The position numbers and the translations under genes were made by a program. This document shows, in pieces, positions 21,949 to 29,475 of a DNA stretch of 46,504 bases. The notes below the pieces were generated by a model, which was given only the letters and a program-made list of their open reading frames with translations, was not told where the DNA came from and ran no database searches. The DNA lies in contig JBKPCT010000072.1 in NCBI GenBank assembly GCA_046727515.1, positions 1-46,504 of the forward strand, in the 5' to 3' direction. The stretch's first letter is position 1; each line of letters opens with the position of its first letter. This DNA comes from Actinomycetota bacterium (GTDB lineage: Bacteria > Actinomycetota > Thermoleophilia > Gaiellales > Gaiellaceae).

Positions 21949-23853
21949 GTGGCCGGACCGAGGACCCTCACGGAGAAGATCATCGCTGAGCACCTCACAG
22001 ACAGCTCGGCCGAGGAGATCGAGCTTCGCGTCGATCAGATCCTGCTCGAGGACGCCACCGGGACGATGGCGTGCCTCCAGTTCGAGCAGCTCGGGCTCGA
22101 CCGCGTCGCGCTTCCAGCGGTGTCGTACGTCGACCACAACGTTCTCCAGTTCGACAACAAGAATCCGGAGGATCACGCGTACTTGCGCAGCTGGGCCGCG
22201 CGGTACGGCGCCCTCTACTCCCGCCCCGGGAACGGGATCTCGCACTATCTCCACCTCGAGCGGTTCGGCCGGCCCGGGCACGTGCTGCTCGGCGCGGACA
22301 GCCACACGACGATGGCGGGCGCGCTCGGGATGCTCGCGATCGGCGCCGGGGCGACCGAGGTCGCGGTGGCGATGGCAGGGCGGCCCTACCCGGTCGAGCG
22401 GCCGCTCGTCGTCGGCGTCGAGCTCCGGGGGCAACTCCGGCACTGGGTGCAGTCGAAAGACGTCGTGCTCGAGCTGCTGCGCCGCCGCGGCGTTCGGGGC
22501 GGGCGCGGACGGATCTTCGAGTTCCACGGCGACGGCGTCACCACGCTCAGCGCCACCGACCGGGGGACGATCTGCAACATGGTCATGGAGACCGGCGCGA
22601 CGACCGGGATCTTCCCGAGCGACGAGCAGACAGGCGCCTGGCTCTCGGCGCAGGGGCGCGAGGACCAGTTCGTCGCGCTCGCCGCCGACGCCGACGCCGA
22701 GTACGACGAGACCGAGCAGATCGACCTCGGCGAGCTGGAGCCGCTGATCGCGCTGCCGTCCTCGCCAGGGAACGTCGTGCCTGTGCGCGAGGCGGCGGGG
22801 ACGGCGACGCGGCAGGTCTGCGTCGGCAGCTCGGTCAACTCGTCCTACGGGGACCTGGCGCTCGTCGCGGCCGTGCTCCGGGGCCGGTCGCTGCCCGCCG
22901 AGCTCGACCTGACCGTCACGCCCGGCTCGCGGCAGATCCTCGACATGATCGTCCGCAGCGGCGTGTACACGGACCTGCTGGCCGCCGGCGCGCGCATCCT
23001 GGAGCCCGCGTGCGGGCCGTGCATCGGGATGGGCCAGGCGCCGGCGGTCGGCGCGGTCTCCGTCCGCACGTTCAACCGCAACTTCCCGGGCCGCAGCGGA
23101 ACGCCCGGCGACCGGGTGTACCTGTGCTCGCCCGCGACTGCGGCGGCCACGGCTCTACGGGGCGAGATCGCCGACCCGCGCGAGCTCGGCGAGGTACCCG
23201 AGCTGACCCCGCCGCCGCCGAACGCAGAGGTGGACGACGGCCAGATCGTCGCGCCGCCCGACGACGGCCGCGGGATCGAGCTCGAGAAGGGGCGCAACAT
23301 CGTTCCGCCGCCGCCCGTGCCGCCGCTCGCGGAGAAGGTCACCGGGCGCGTATTGATCAAGGTGCCGGACGACGTATCCACCGGCGACATGGCGCCGGAC
23401 GGCGCGCTCGGGCTCGCGATCTGGTCGAACATCCCCGCCTGCGCGCGCTACATGTTCCGCCGCTTCGACCCCGATTTCCCCGCGCGGGCTGAGCAGTGGG
23501 GCGGCGGGATCCTCGTCGGCGGCCACAACTACGGCCAGGGGTCGAGCCGCGAGCAGGCGGCCTTCGCGGCGCTGCACCTCGGCGTCCGCGCAGTCGTCGC
23601 GAAGAGCTTCGCCCGCATCCACCGCGCGAACCTGATCGCGCAGGGGATCGTCCCGCTGACGTTCGCGGACGAGTCCGACTACGACCGCGTCGAGCAGGGA
23701 GACGAGTGGGCGGTCCGCCGCGTGCGCTCGACGGTCGAGTCGGGCGGCACGACCCTGGAGGGGACAGTGCCGCTCGAGGCGCGGCTGACCCGCCGGGAGC
23801 GGGAGATCCTGCTCGCCGGCGGTCTCCTCGCCTACGCGCGCGCGAGCGACTGA
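21949..23853 (+). CDS. aconitase-family hydratase (fused catalytic + swivel domains, ~630-aa bacterial type)
   Basis: 634 aa. GADSHTTMAGALG, ICNMVMETGA and PACGPCIGMG (Fe-S cysteine ligands), then a C-terminal swivel with GGHNYGQGSSREQAA. Confidence 0.88.
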   Translation: MAGPRTLTEKIIAEHLTDSSAEEIELRVDQILLEDATGTMACLQFEQLGLDRVALPAVSYVDHNVLQFDNKNPEDHAYLRSWAARYGALYSRPGNGISHYLHLERFGRPGHVLLGADSHTTMAGALGMLAIGAGATEVAVAMAGRPYPVERPLVVGVELRGQLRHWVQSKDVVLELLRRRGVRGGRGRIFEFHGDGVTTLSATDRGTICNMVMETGATTGIFPSDEQTGAWLSAQGREDQFVALAADADAEYDETEQIDLGELEPLIALPSSPGNVVPVREAAGTATRQVCVGSSVNSSYGDLALVAAVLRGRSLPAELDLTVTPGSRQILDMIVRSGVYTDLLAAGARILEPACGPCIGMGQAPAVGAVSVRTFNRNFPGRSGTPGDRVYLCSPATAAATALRGEIADPRELGEVPELTPPPPNAEVDDGQIVAPPDDGRGIELEKGRNIVPPPPVPPLAEKVTGRVLIKVPDDVSTGDMAPDGALGLAIWSNIPACARYMFRRFDPDFPARAEQWGGGILVGGHNYGQGSSREQAAFAALHLGVRAVVAKSFARIHRANLIAQGIVPLTFADESDYDRVEQGDEWAVRRVRSTVESGGTTLEGTVPLEARLTRREREILLAGGLLAYARASD

Positions 23854-25070
23854 ATCGCGCTCAGGATGATCTCCGCAGCGAGCGCGGCGTCCGCCGGGCT
23901 CGCGTCCTCGGCCGGGTGGTGGCTGATCCCGTCCTTGCAGGGGACGAAGACCATCGCGGTCCGGACGCGACCGGCGACGCACATCGTGTCGTGCGCGGCG
24001 CCCGAGTGCATGCGCATGTACGGCTCGCCCGTCCCCTGTGCCGCGACCTCGAGCGCTGCGACGATCCGCTCGTCCATCGGCGTCGCCGGTAGCGTCTGGC
24101 GTTCCCGGTACTCGGCTGTCATGCCCCGCGCCTCCGCGGCCCTCTGCGCGAACGCGGCAATGTCCCGTGCCACGCCGCGGTAGGCGTCGTCCACCGGCCC
24201 GCGGACGTCGAGCGAGAAGCGGACGCGCGCGGCGATCGCGTTGACGATCCCGGGGTCGACCTCGATCTCTCCGACCGTGCCGACGGTGCCCTGACCGGCC
24301 TCGCGGGCGAGCCGCTCGAGCTCGACGACCGTCTCGGCGAGCGGCAGCGTCGGGTCGAGACGGAAGTCCATCGGCGTGGCGCCGGCATGGTCGCCGCGGC
24401 CGTGGACGGTCACGTCCGCGTGCACGTAGCCGGCGATCGCGGTCACGAGGCCGATCCGGTTGCCGGTGTCCTGGAGCACGCGCGCCTGCTCGATGTGCAT
24501 CTCGATCCAGCCGGAGAGGTCGTCGAGGACGTGCGCGCAATCGCGCCAGCGCTCCGGCGAGTAGCCCGCGTCCGCCGCGCACTCCCAGAAGCTGCGTCCG
24601 TCGTCGAGCGAGCGGAACCGCTCGCGCAGGTCCTCCTCGGACACCTGCTGCGCGATGATCCGGCTCCCGAGCAGCATCTGACCGAAGCCGGAGCCCTCCT
24701 CCTCGAGGAACGAGATCAGTTGCAGCGGCAGGTCGAGTCCCTGCTCCGCGTTCAGCCGGCAGACCTCGAGCGCCGTGGCGACGCCCATCGTCCCGTCGTA
24801 TTTCCCACCGTTCCGGTTGGAATCGCAGTGCGAGCCGACACCGAACACCGGCTCGCCCTTCGGCCGGTTCCGGGCGACGAGCGTCCCGACGGCGTCCTCC
24901 TCGACCTCGAAGCCGAGCGCCTCCAGCTCGCGGACGAAGTAGTCGAGCGTGCGCCGGTAGACGTCGGTGTAGGCGTAGCGGCGGATCGCCTCGTCGGAGA
25001 GCGTGTACTCGCGCCCTGCGAGCGTCTCGATGTCGCGGTCGATCCGCTCTGCGCTCGCCTCCCGGTCCAT
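23832..25070 (-). CDS. M20-family Zn amidohydrolase (allantoate amidohydrolase / N-carbamoyl-L-amino-acid hydrolase, HyuC/AllC-like)
   Basis: ORF 23832..25745 trimmed to ATG 25070 (MDREASAERIDRDIETLAG...). A TAGAGT box lies 7 nt upstream. The alternative start ATG 25100 would overlap the divergent DUF309-like ORF. GSHCDSNRNGGKYDGTMGV, FLEEEGSGFG, MHSGAAHD. Confidence 0.88.
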   Translation of the reverse strand: MDREASAERIDRDIETLAGREYTLSDEAIRRYAYTDVYRRTLDYFVRELEALGFEVEEDAVGTLVARNRPKGEPVFGVGSHCDSNRNGGKYDGTMGVATALEVCRLNAEQGLDLPLQLISFLEEEGSGFGQMLLGSRIIAQQVSEEDLRERFRSLDDGRSFWECAADAGYSPERWRDCAHVLDDLSGWIEMHIEQARVLQDTGNRIGLVTAIAGYVHADVTVHGRGDHAGATPMDFRLDPTLPLAETVVELERLAREAGQGTVGTVGEIEVDPGIVNAIAARVRFSLDVRGPVDDAYRGVARDIAAFAQRAAEARGMTAEYRERQTLPATPMDERIVAALEVAAQGTGEPYMRMHSGAAHDTMCVAGRVRTAMVFVPCKDGISHHPAEDASPADAALAAEIILSAIQSLARA

Positions 25071-25088
25071 CGGCGAGACTCTAGACCG

Positions 25089-25388
25089 ATGGACGAGCAT
25101 GCCGAGTGGCCTCCGAGGGAGGCGCGCGTGCGGGCCGCGGTGTGGCGTGCCGAGGGCCACATCGAGCGTGCGGAGTACGCACAGGCGGCCGCCGCGCTGG
25201 AGGGCGCGTTCGGGCTCGGAGGGGACGAGACGCTCCTCCACGGCCTGCACCACCTGGCCGCGGCGGGCTGGCGCCACCAGCAGAGCGAGCCCGAGCGGGC
25301 GCGCCGCCAGCTCGAGCGCGCGCGGCGACGCCTCGGCCGACGGCAGCGGCGGCTCGTCGCGCTTGTCGAGAGCGACCTCGCCTCGTAG
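25089..25388 (+). CDS. DUF309-like small helical protein (candidate)
   Basis: Tail of ORF 24387..25388 from ATG 25089: MDEHAEWPPREARVRAAVWRAEGHIERAEYAQAAAALEGAFGLGGDETLLHGLHHLAAAGWRHQQSEPERARRQLERARRRLG. Codons are GC3-rich. The pattern resembles DUF309 by eye only. Confidence 0.45.
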   Translation: MDEHAEWPPREARVRAAVWRAEGHIERAEYAQAAAALEGAFGLGGDETLLHGLHHLAAAGWRHQQSEPERARRQLERARRRLGRRQRRLVALVESDLAS

Positions 25389-25400
25389 AGTCGCTCGCGG

Positions 25401-26414
25401 ATGGCGGAGAGCTGGCGGAACCGGAAGACCCTGATCCTCAGCTGGTCGGACATGGTCGGCCTGCTGACGCCGGCCGAGTACGTCGACCGCGTCGAGCACG
25501 CGTTCCGGATGCACGGACTCGGGCGCGTCTACATGGAGCCGAAGGGCCACATCGTGCTCGACCGCTACAGGGGCGAGTGGGAGGTCATGCCCTCCTACAT
25601 CGAGGAGCCCGAGGCGGCAGCGTGCAAGTGGGTCTCGATCCGGGAGGACAACCCTCAGTACGAGCTGCCCGCCGTCTTCTCGATCCTGATCTACACCCAC
25701 CCGGAGACGGGCTTCCCGCTCGCGATCTGCGACGGCTCCTACCACACGCTGATGCGCACCGGCGCCTCCGCGGCCGTGTCCGCGAAGTGGCTGGCGCGCG
25801 AGGACTCGAAGGTGCTAGCGATCCTCGGCAGCGGCCTCGTCGGCCGCGGGACGCTCGCCACGTGCGACACCGTGTTCGAGTGGAAGGACGTGCGGGTCTG
25901 GAGCCGGACTCAGGAGTCCGTCGACCGCTACCTCCAGGAGGAGGCGCCGAAGTACCCGCACCTGGCGATCACCGCCACGACCGATGTCGAGGAGGCTGTC
26001 ACGGGCGCGGACGTGATCGTCACCGGCACGCACGCGCGCAATTGGCTCGTCGACGACGCCTGGGTGAAGCCAGGGGCCCACATCGCCGCCCTCGGTGCCG
26101 ACCTCGAGGGCGAGCAGGAGCTCGACCCGCGGATCCTCCAGCGTGGCCGTGTCTTCGTCGACGACATCCGCCAGTGCCGCGCGGACGGCGAGATCAACGT
26201 CCCGCTCTCGGAGGGCCTGATCACCGAGGACGACGTCGCGGGCGAGATCGGCAAGGTGGTCTGCGGCGAGCTCGAAGGCCGGCAGTCCGACGACCAGGTC
26301 ACCATCTTCGACTCGACTGGGATCGCGCTCCAGGACTCGGCGACCGTGCCGCTCGAGTACGAGCGGGCGGTCGCGGCGGGTGTCGGGGTCGAGAAGAAGA
26401 TGATCTCGACCTGA
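25401..26414 (+). CDS. ornithine cyclodeaminase / mu-crystallin family protein
   Basis: 337 aa. LMRTGASAAVSAKWLA, LAILGSGLVGRG (Rossmann), GAHIAALGAD, TIFDSTGIALQD. Confidence 0.9.
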   Translation: MAESWRNRKTLILSWSDMVGLLTPAEYVDRVEHAFRMHGLGRVYMEPKGHIVLDRYRGEWEVMPSYIEEPEAAACKWVSIREDNPQYELPAVFSILIYTHPETGFPLAICDGSYHTLMRTGASAAVSAKWLAREDSKVLAILGSGLVGRGTLATCDTVFEWKDVRVWSRTQESVDRYLQEEAPKYPHLAITATTDVEEAVTGADVIVTGTHARNWLVDDAWVKPGAHIAALGADLEGEQELDPRILQRGRVFVDDIRQCRADGEINVPLSEGLITEDDVAGEIGKVVCGELEGRQSDDQVTIFDSTGIALQDSATVPLEYERAVAAGVGVEKKMIST

Positions 26415-26536
26415 TGGTTGCCGCCGTCTTCGAAGCCCGGATGAGCCGCGAGCAGGCGGAGCGGCTGGCCGAGCTGATGCGGAAGGTCGGCGCAGAGCCC
26501 GAGCTGCGGGTCGTCGACGTGCTCGAGCCGGGCTAG
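26414..26536 (+). CDS. possible 40-aa ORF coupled to the OCD gene (weak)
   Basis: ATG 26414 shares its A with the OCD TGA (TGATG). Translation: MVAAVFEARMSREQAERLAELMRKVGAEPELRVVDVLEPG*. No family recognised, so this could be chance. Confidence 0.2.
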   Translation: MVAAVFEARMSREQAERLAELMRKVGAEPELRVVDVLEPG

Positions 26537-26562
26537 AGGGGCGCGGTCGGGGCGGCGGATCG

Positions 26563-28128
26563 ATGGAATTCCGGATCCTCGGGCCGCTCGAGGTTCTCGA
26601 CGAGGGCACGCCGGTTCCGCTCGGCCGCGGCCGGGAACGGGCGCTGCTCGCCCTCCTGCTCACCCACCCGAACGAGGTCGTCTCGATCGACCGCCTGATC
26701 GACGAGCTCTGGGGGCCCGAGCCGCCGAAGGCGGCCGTCAACACGGTGCAGTACTACGTCTCCCGCCTGAGGAAGATTCTCGGTGCCGACCGCATCGTCA
26801 CCCGGCCGCCGGGCTACGCGATCCGCGTCGAACCGGGAGAGCTGGACCTGGAACGGTTCGAGCGGCTGCTCGCCGACGGCAGCGGCGAGGCCGTGCGTGA
26901 GGCCATTGCACTCTGGCGCGGCGCGGCGCTCGCCGACTTCGCGTTCGAGTCGTTCGCTCAGCCGACGATCGGTCGGCTCGAGGAGCTCCGGCTCGTGGCG
27001 CTCGAGCTGCGGGTGGAGGCCGATCTCGCCGCAGGACGGCACGCCGAGGTCGTCGCCGAGCTGGAGCCGCTCGTCGAGGCGCACCCACTGCGGGAGCGCC
27101 TCCGAGCTCAGCTAATGCTGGCGCTCTATCGCGCCGGCCGGCAGGCGGAGGCGCTCGAGGCCTACCACGCCGCGCGGCGAGTACTCGTCGACGAGCTCGG
27201 CCTCGAGCCCGGCCCCGCCCTCCAGGAGCTGGAGCGGGCGATCCTGCGTCAGGACCCGTCGCTCGCCCTCCCGACACAGGAGACTCCCCCCGAGCGGTCG
27301 ATCGTCGTCGCCGTCCGCGAGGAGCACGACCTGGACGCTCTGGTCGCATTAGCCCACCCGCTGGCCGCGCGCCCTCCCCGAGAGCTGATCCTGATCGGGC
27401 TCGTGGGCAGCGACGCTCAGCTGTCGGAGGCGAGCGGCCGGCTGAACGAGCGGCGCGCGGCGCTCGCCAGCCATGGTCTTGCGGCTCGTTCTGCCGCGTT
27501 CACGACCGACGACGCTGCGGCCGATCTCCTCCGGCTCGTCGCCGAGCAGGCGGTCGACCTCGTTCTGCTCGATGCGTCGCCGGCCGTTGCCGAGGGCGGT
27601 GCGCTGCCACCCGAGGTCGAACGGCTTCTGGCCGAGGCGCCCTGCGACGTGGCGCTGGCAGTCCGGTCGCGCCGGTACGACAGCGGCGGGCCGGTGCTTG
27701 TCCCGTTCGGCGGTGCGGAGCACGACTGGGCGGCGGTGGAATTGGGAGCGTGGGCGGCCGCGGCGACCTCGGTGTCGCTGCGACTCCTCGGGACCACGGG
27801 CGGTGAGGGCCGCCGCGATGCGAGCCGGCTGCTCGCCAGCGCGTCGCTACTCGTCCAGCGCGCGGTCGGCGTCTCGACGGAGCCGGTGCTGGTCGCGCGC
27901 GAGCCGGCGGCGATCGTGGCGGCGGCAGCGGAATGCGCCCTCGTGGTCGCCGGGCTCTCCGAACGCTGGCGTACGGAAGGCCTCGGCGAGACCCGCCTGA
28001 CGCTGGCGCGCGACGCGGAGCCGCCTGCCCTTCTCGTCAAGCGCGGCCTGCGTCCGAGCGGCGTCGCCCCGGAGGGGACGATGACCCGGTTCACCTGGTC
28101 GCTCGCGGAGGCGCGGCGGACGCCGTGA
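26563..28128 (+). CDS. SARP (AfsR/DnrI-type) transcriptional regulator: OmpR-like wHTH + BTAD + C-terminal tandem USP-like domains
   Basis: 521 aa. N-terminus MEFRILGPLEVLDEGTPVPLGRGRERALLALLL...NTVQYYVSRLRKIL (wHTH). BTAD region LDLERFERLL...ALWRGAALADF...YRAGRQAEALEAYHAARRVLVDELGLEPGPALQELERAIL. The C-terminal ~270 aa has two repeats of the IVVAV...DLVLL...APCDVALAV type. Confidence 0.85.
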   Translation: MEFRILGPLEVLDEGTPVPLGRGRERALLALLLTHPNEVVSIDRLIDELWGPEPPKAAVNTVQYYVSRLRKILGADRIVTRPPGYAIRVEPGELDLERFERLLADGSGEAVREAIALWRGAALADFAFESFAQPTIGRLEELRLVALELRVEADLAAGRHAEVVAELEPLVEAHPLRERLRAQLMLALYRAGRQAEALEAYHAARRVLVDELGLEPGPALQELERAILRQDPSLALPTQETPPERSIVVAVREEHDLDALVALAHPLAARPPRELILIGLVGSDAQLSEASGRLNERRAALASHGLAARSAAFTTDDAAADLLRLVAEQAVDLVLLDASPAVAEGGALPPEVERLLAEAPCDVALAVRSRRYDSGGPVLVPFGGAEHDWAAVELGAWAAAATSVSLRLLGTTGGEGRRDASRLLASASLLVQRAVGVSTEPVLVAREPAAIVAAAAECALVVAGLSERWRTEGLGETRLTLARDAEPPALLVKRGLRPSGVAPEGTMTRFTWSLAEARRTP

Positions 28129-29475
28129 CTACGCCTTCTGGAAGTCGTGCCAGCGGCGCTCCTGGTACTTGTGCTCCCGGAAGACCCCGTTCCAGCACGC
28201 GTACCGGCAGACGCGGCGTCGGAACGAGCCGCCGTCGCGGACCTGCCCCTTGCGGATCGTGACGTCGCCGAAGGGGCCCGGAAGGTTCTCGGCCGCCGGC
28301 CTCCCGCCGATCCAGTAGTCCCACTCGGCCGCCGAGACGAGGGGGCGGGTCGTCGCCTGGACGGCGTTGTAGTAGCCGTACCGCATCGTCAGCGCTCCCG
28401 GCGGGCCGGAGTGCCACCAGTTGACGTAGTCGTAGGCGGCCTGCAGCCGGGCGGGATCCTTGACCGCGCTCGAGATCCCGAAGCCGCCCGCCCAGCCGCG
28501 ATAGCCCTCAGGCGGCGCTGCGTACCGGACGGGGAATCCCTTCGCCTGCAGCTCCGCGACCTGAAACGCCCACATCGACTCGACGACGACCTGCCTGGAG
28601 AGCATGAACTCGACCGCCCGGTCCGCCGCGCGCTCGTCCCACAGCCCGTAGAAGTGCCCGCTCTTCTTCAGCCGGACGAGGATCTTGACCAGGCGGTCGA
28701 TCTCGGCACGGCTCATGTCGCCCTTGTCGCGGAACCGCATCAGGCCGGCTGCCTCCGCGGCGTTCCCTGCGTCGACGAGGCCGACCTGCGCGCCGCCGAA
28801 CAGCGCAACGCGCCCTTTCCAGCGCGAGTTCAGGAGCTCCGCCCACGAGACGCGCTCCGGAGGGCGGTCGATGACCCGCGAGTTGTAGCCGATCGAGTCC
28901 ATGTTGAAGTAGTTCGGGACGGCGAGCACGTGCCGCGGCTCCGGCAGGCCGCGATAGGGCTTCCCGGTTCGTTCGTCGATCCACTGCGCCATGCCTCTCA
29001 CGCGAGGAAGCAGGCCCTGCGGTACCGGGTAGGCGCCCGAGTCGTCGACGTACATCCTGCGGAAGGGCGCGTCGCCCTGGCCGTACGTGCAGCGCGGGTC
29101 GCCGGGCCGGACCTTGCCGTACTTGAAGAGCTTGTTGACCAGTGGCCAGCGCGTGAGCTTCCGGGTGTCGATTCGTTGCAGCGCGCCGTAGCGCCAGATC
29201 AGGTCATAGGTGTAGTAGTAGTGCGCGAGGACGTCGAACGACGCAGGTCTCGTGATCGCCCGCTGCACGAGCGCGTCGCCGCCCGTGATGTCGAAGGCGA
29301 CATCGAAGCCGAGGTCCCGCTTGGCCAGCCGGGCGATCTCGTCGAACTCGCCCGCGCCGATGCTGAGCACGTGCAGCGTGCCCGGGAAACTGTCGCGGGA
29401 CCGGTTCCCGGCAAGACCGGCGACCGCGGCGGCGCCGCCCGCGAGGAACTCTCCGCGGGTGAGCTCTGGCGTCAT
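28129..29475 (-). CDS. orphan extracellular solute-binding protein (PotD/family-1 SBP-like) with N-terminal export signal
   Basis: ORF 28129..29616 trimmed to ATG 29475 (MTPELTRGEFLAGGAAAVAGLAG...). The ATG overlaps the kinase TGA (ATGA). SBP-like body. No permease or ATPase is adjacent. Confidence 0.8.
   Translation of the reverse strand: MTPELTRGEFLAGGAAAVAGLAGNRSRDSFPGTLHVLSIGAGEFDEIARLAKRDLGFDVAFDITGGDALVQRAITRPASFDVLAHYYYTYDLIWRYGALQRIDTRKLTRWPLVNKLFKYGKVRPGDPRCTYGQGDAPFRRMYVDDSGAYPVPQGLLPRVRGMAQWIDERTGKPYRGLPEPRHVLAVPNYFNMDSIGYNSRVIDRPPERVSWAELLNSRWKGRVALFGGAQVGLVDAGNAAEAAGLMRFRDKGDMSRAEIDRLVKILVRLKKSGHFYGLWDERAADRAVEFMLSRQVVVESMWAFQVAELQAKGFPVRYAAPPEGYRGWAGGFGISSAVKDPARLQAAYDYVNWWHSGPPGALTMRYGYYNAVQATTRPLVSAAEWDYWIGGRPAAENLPGPFGDVTIRKGQVRDGGSFRRRVCRYACWNGVFREHKYQERRWHDFQKA

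Noticed and set aside
20641-22527. 628-aa ORF on the minus strand
   Set aside because: It runs antisense to the TtuC-like and aconitase genes and out of frame through the DMT transporter gene. Its composition is extremely Arg/Pro/Ala-rich.
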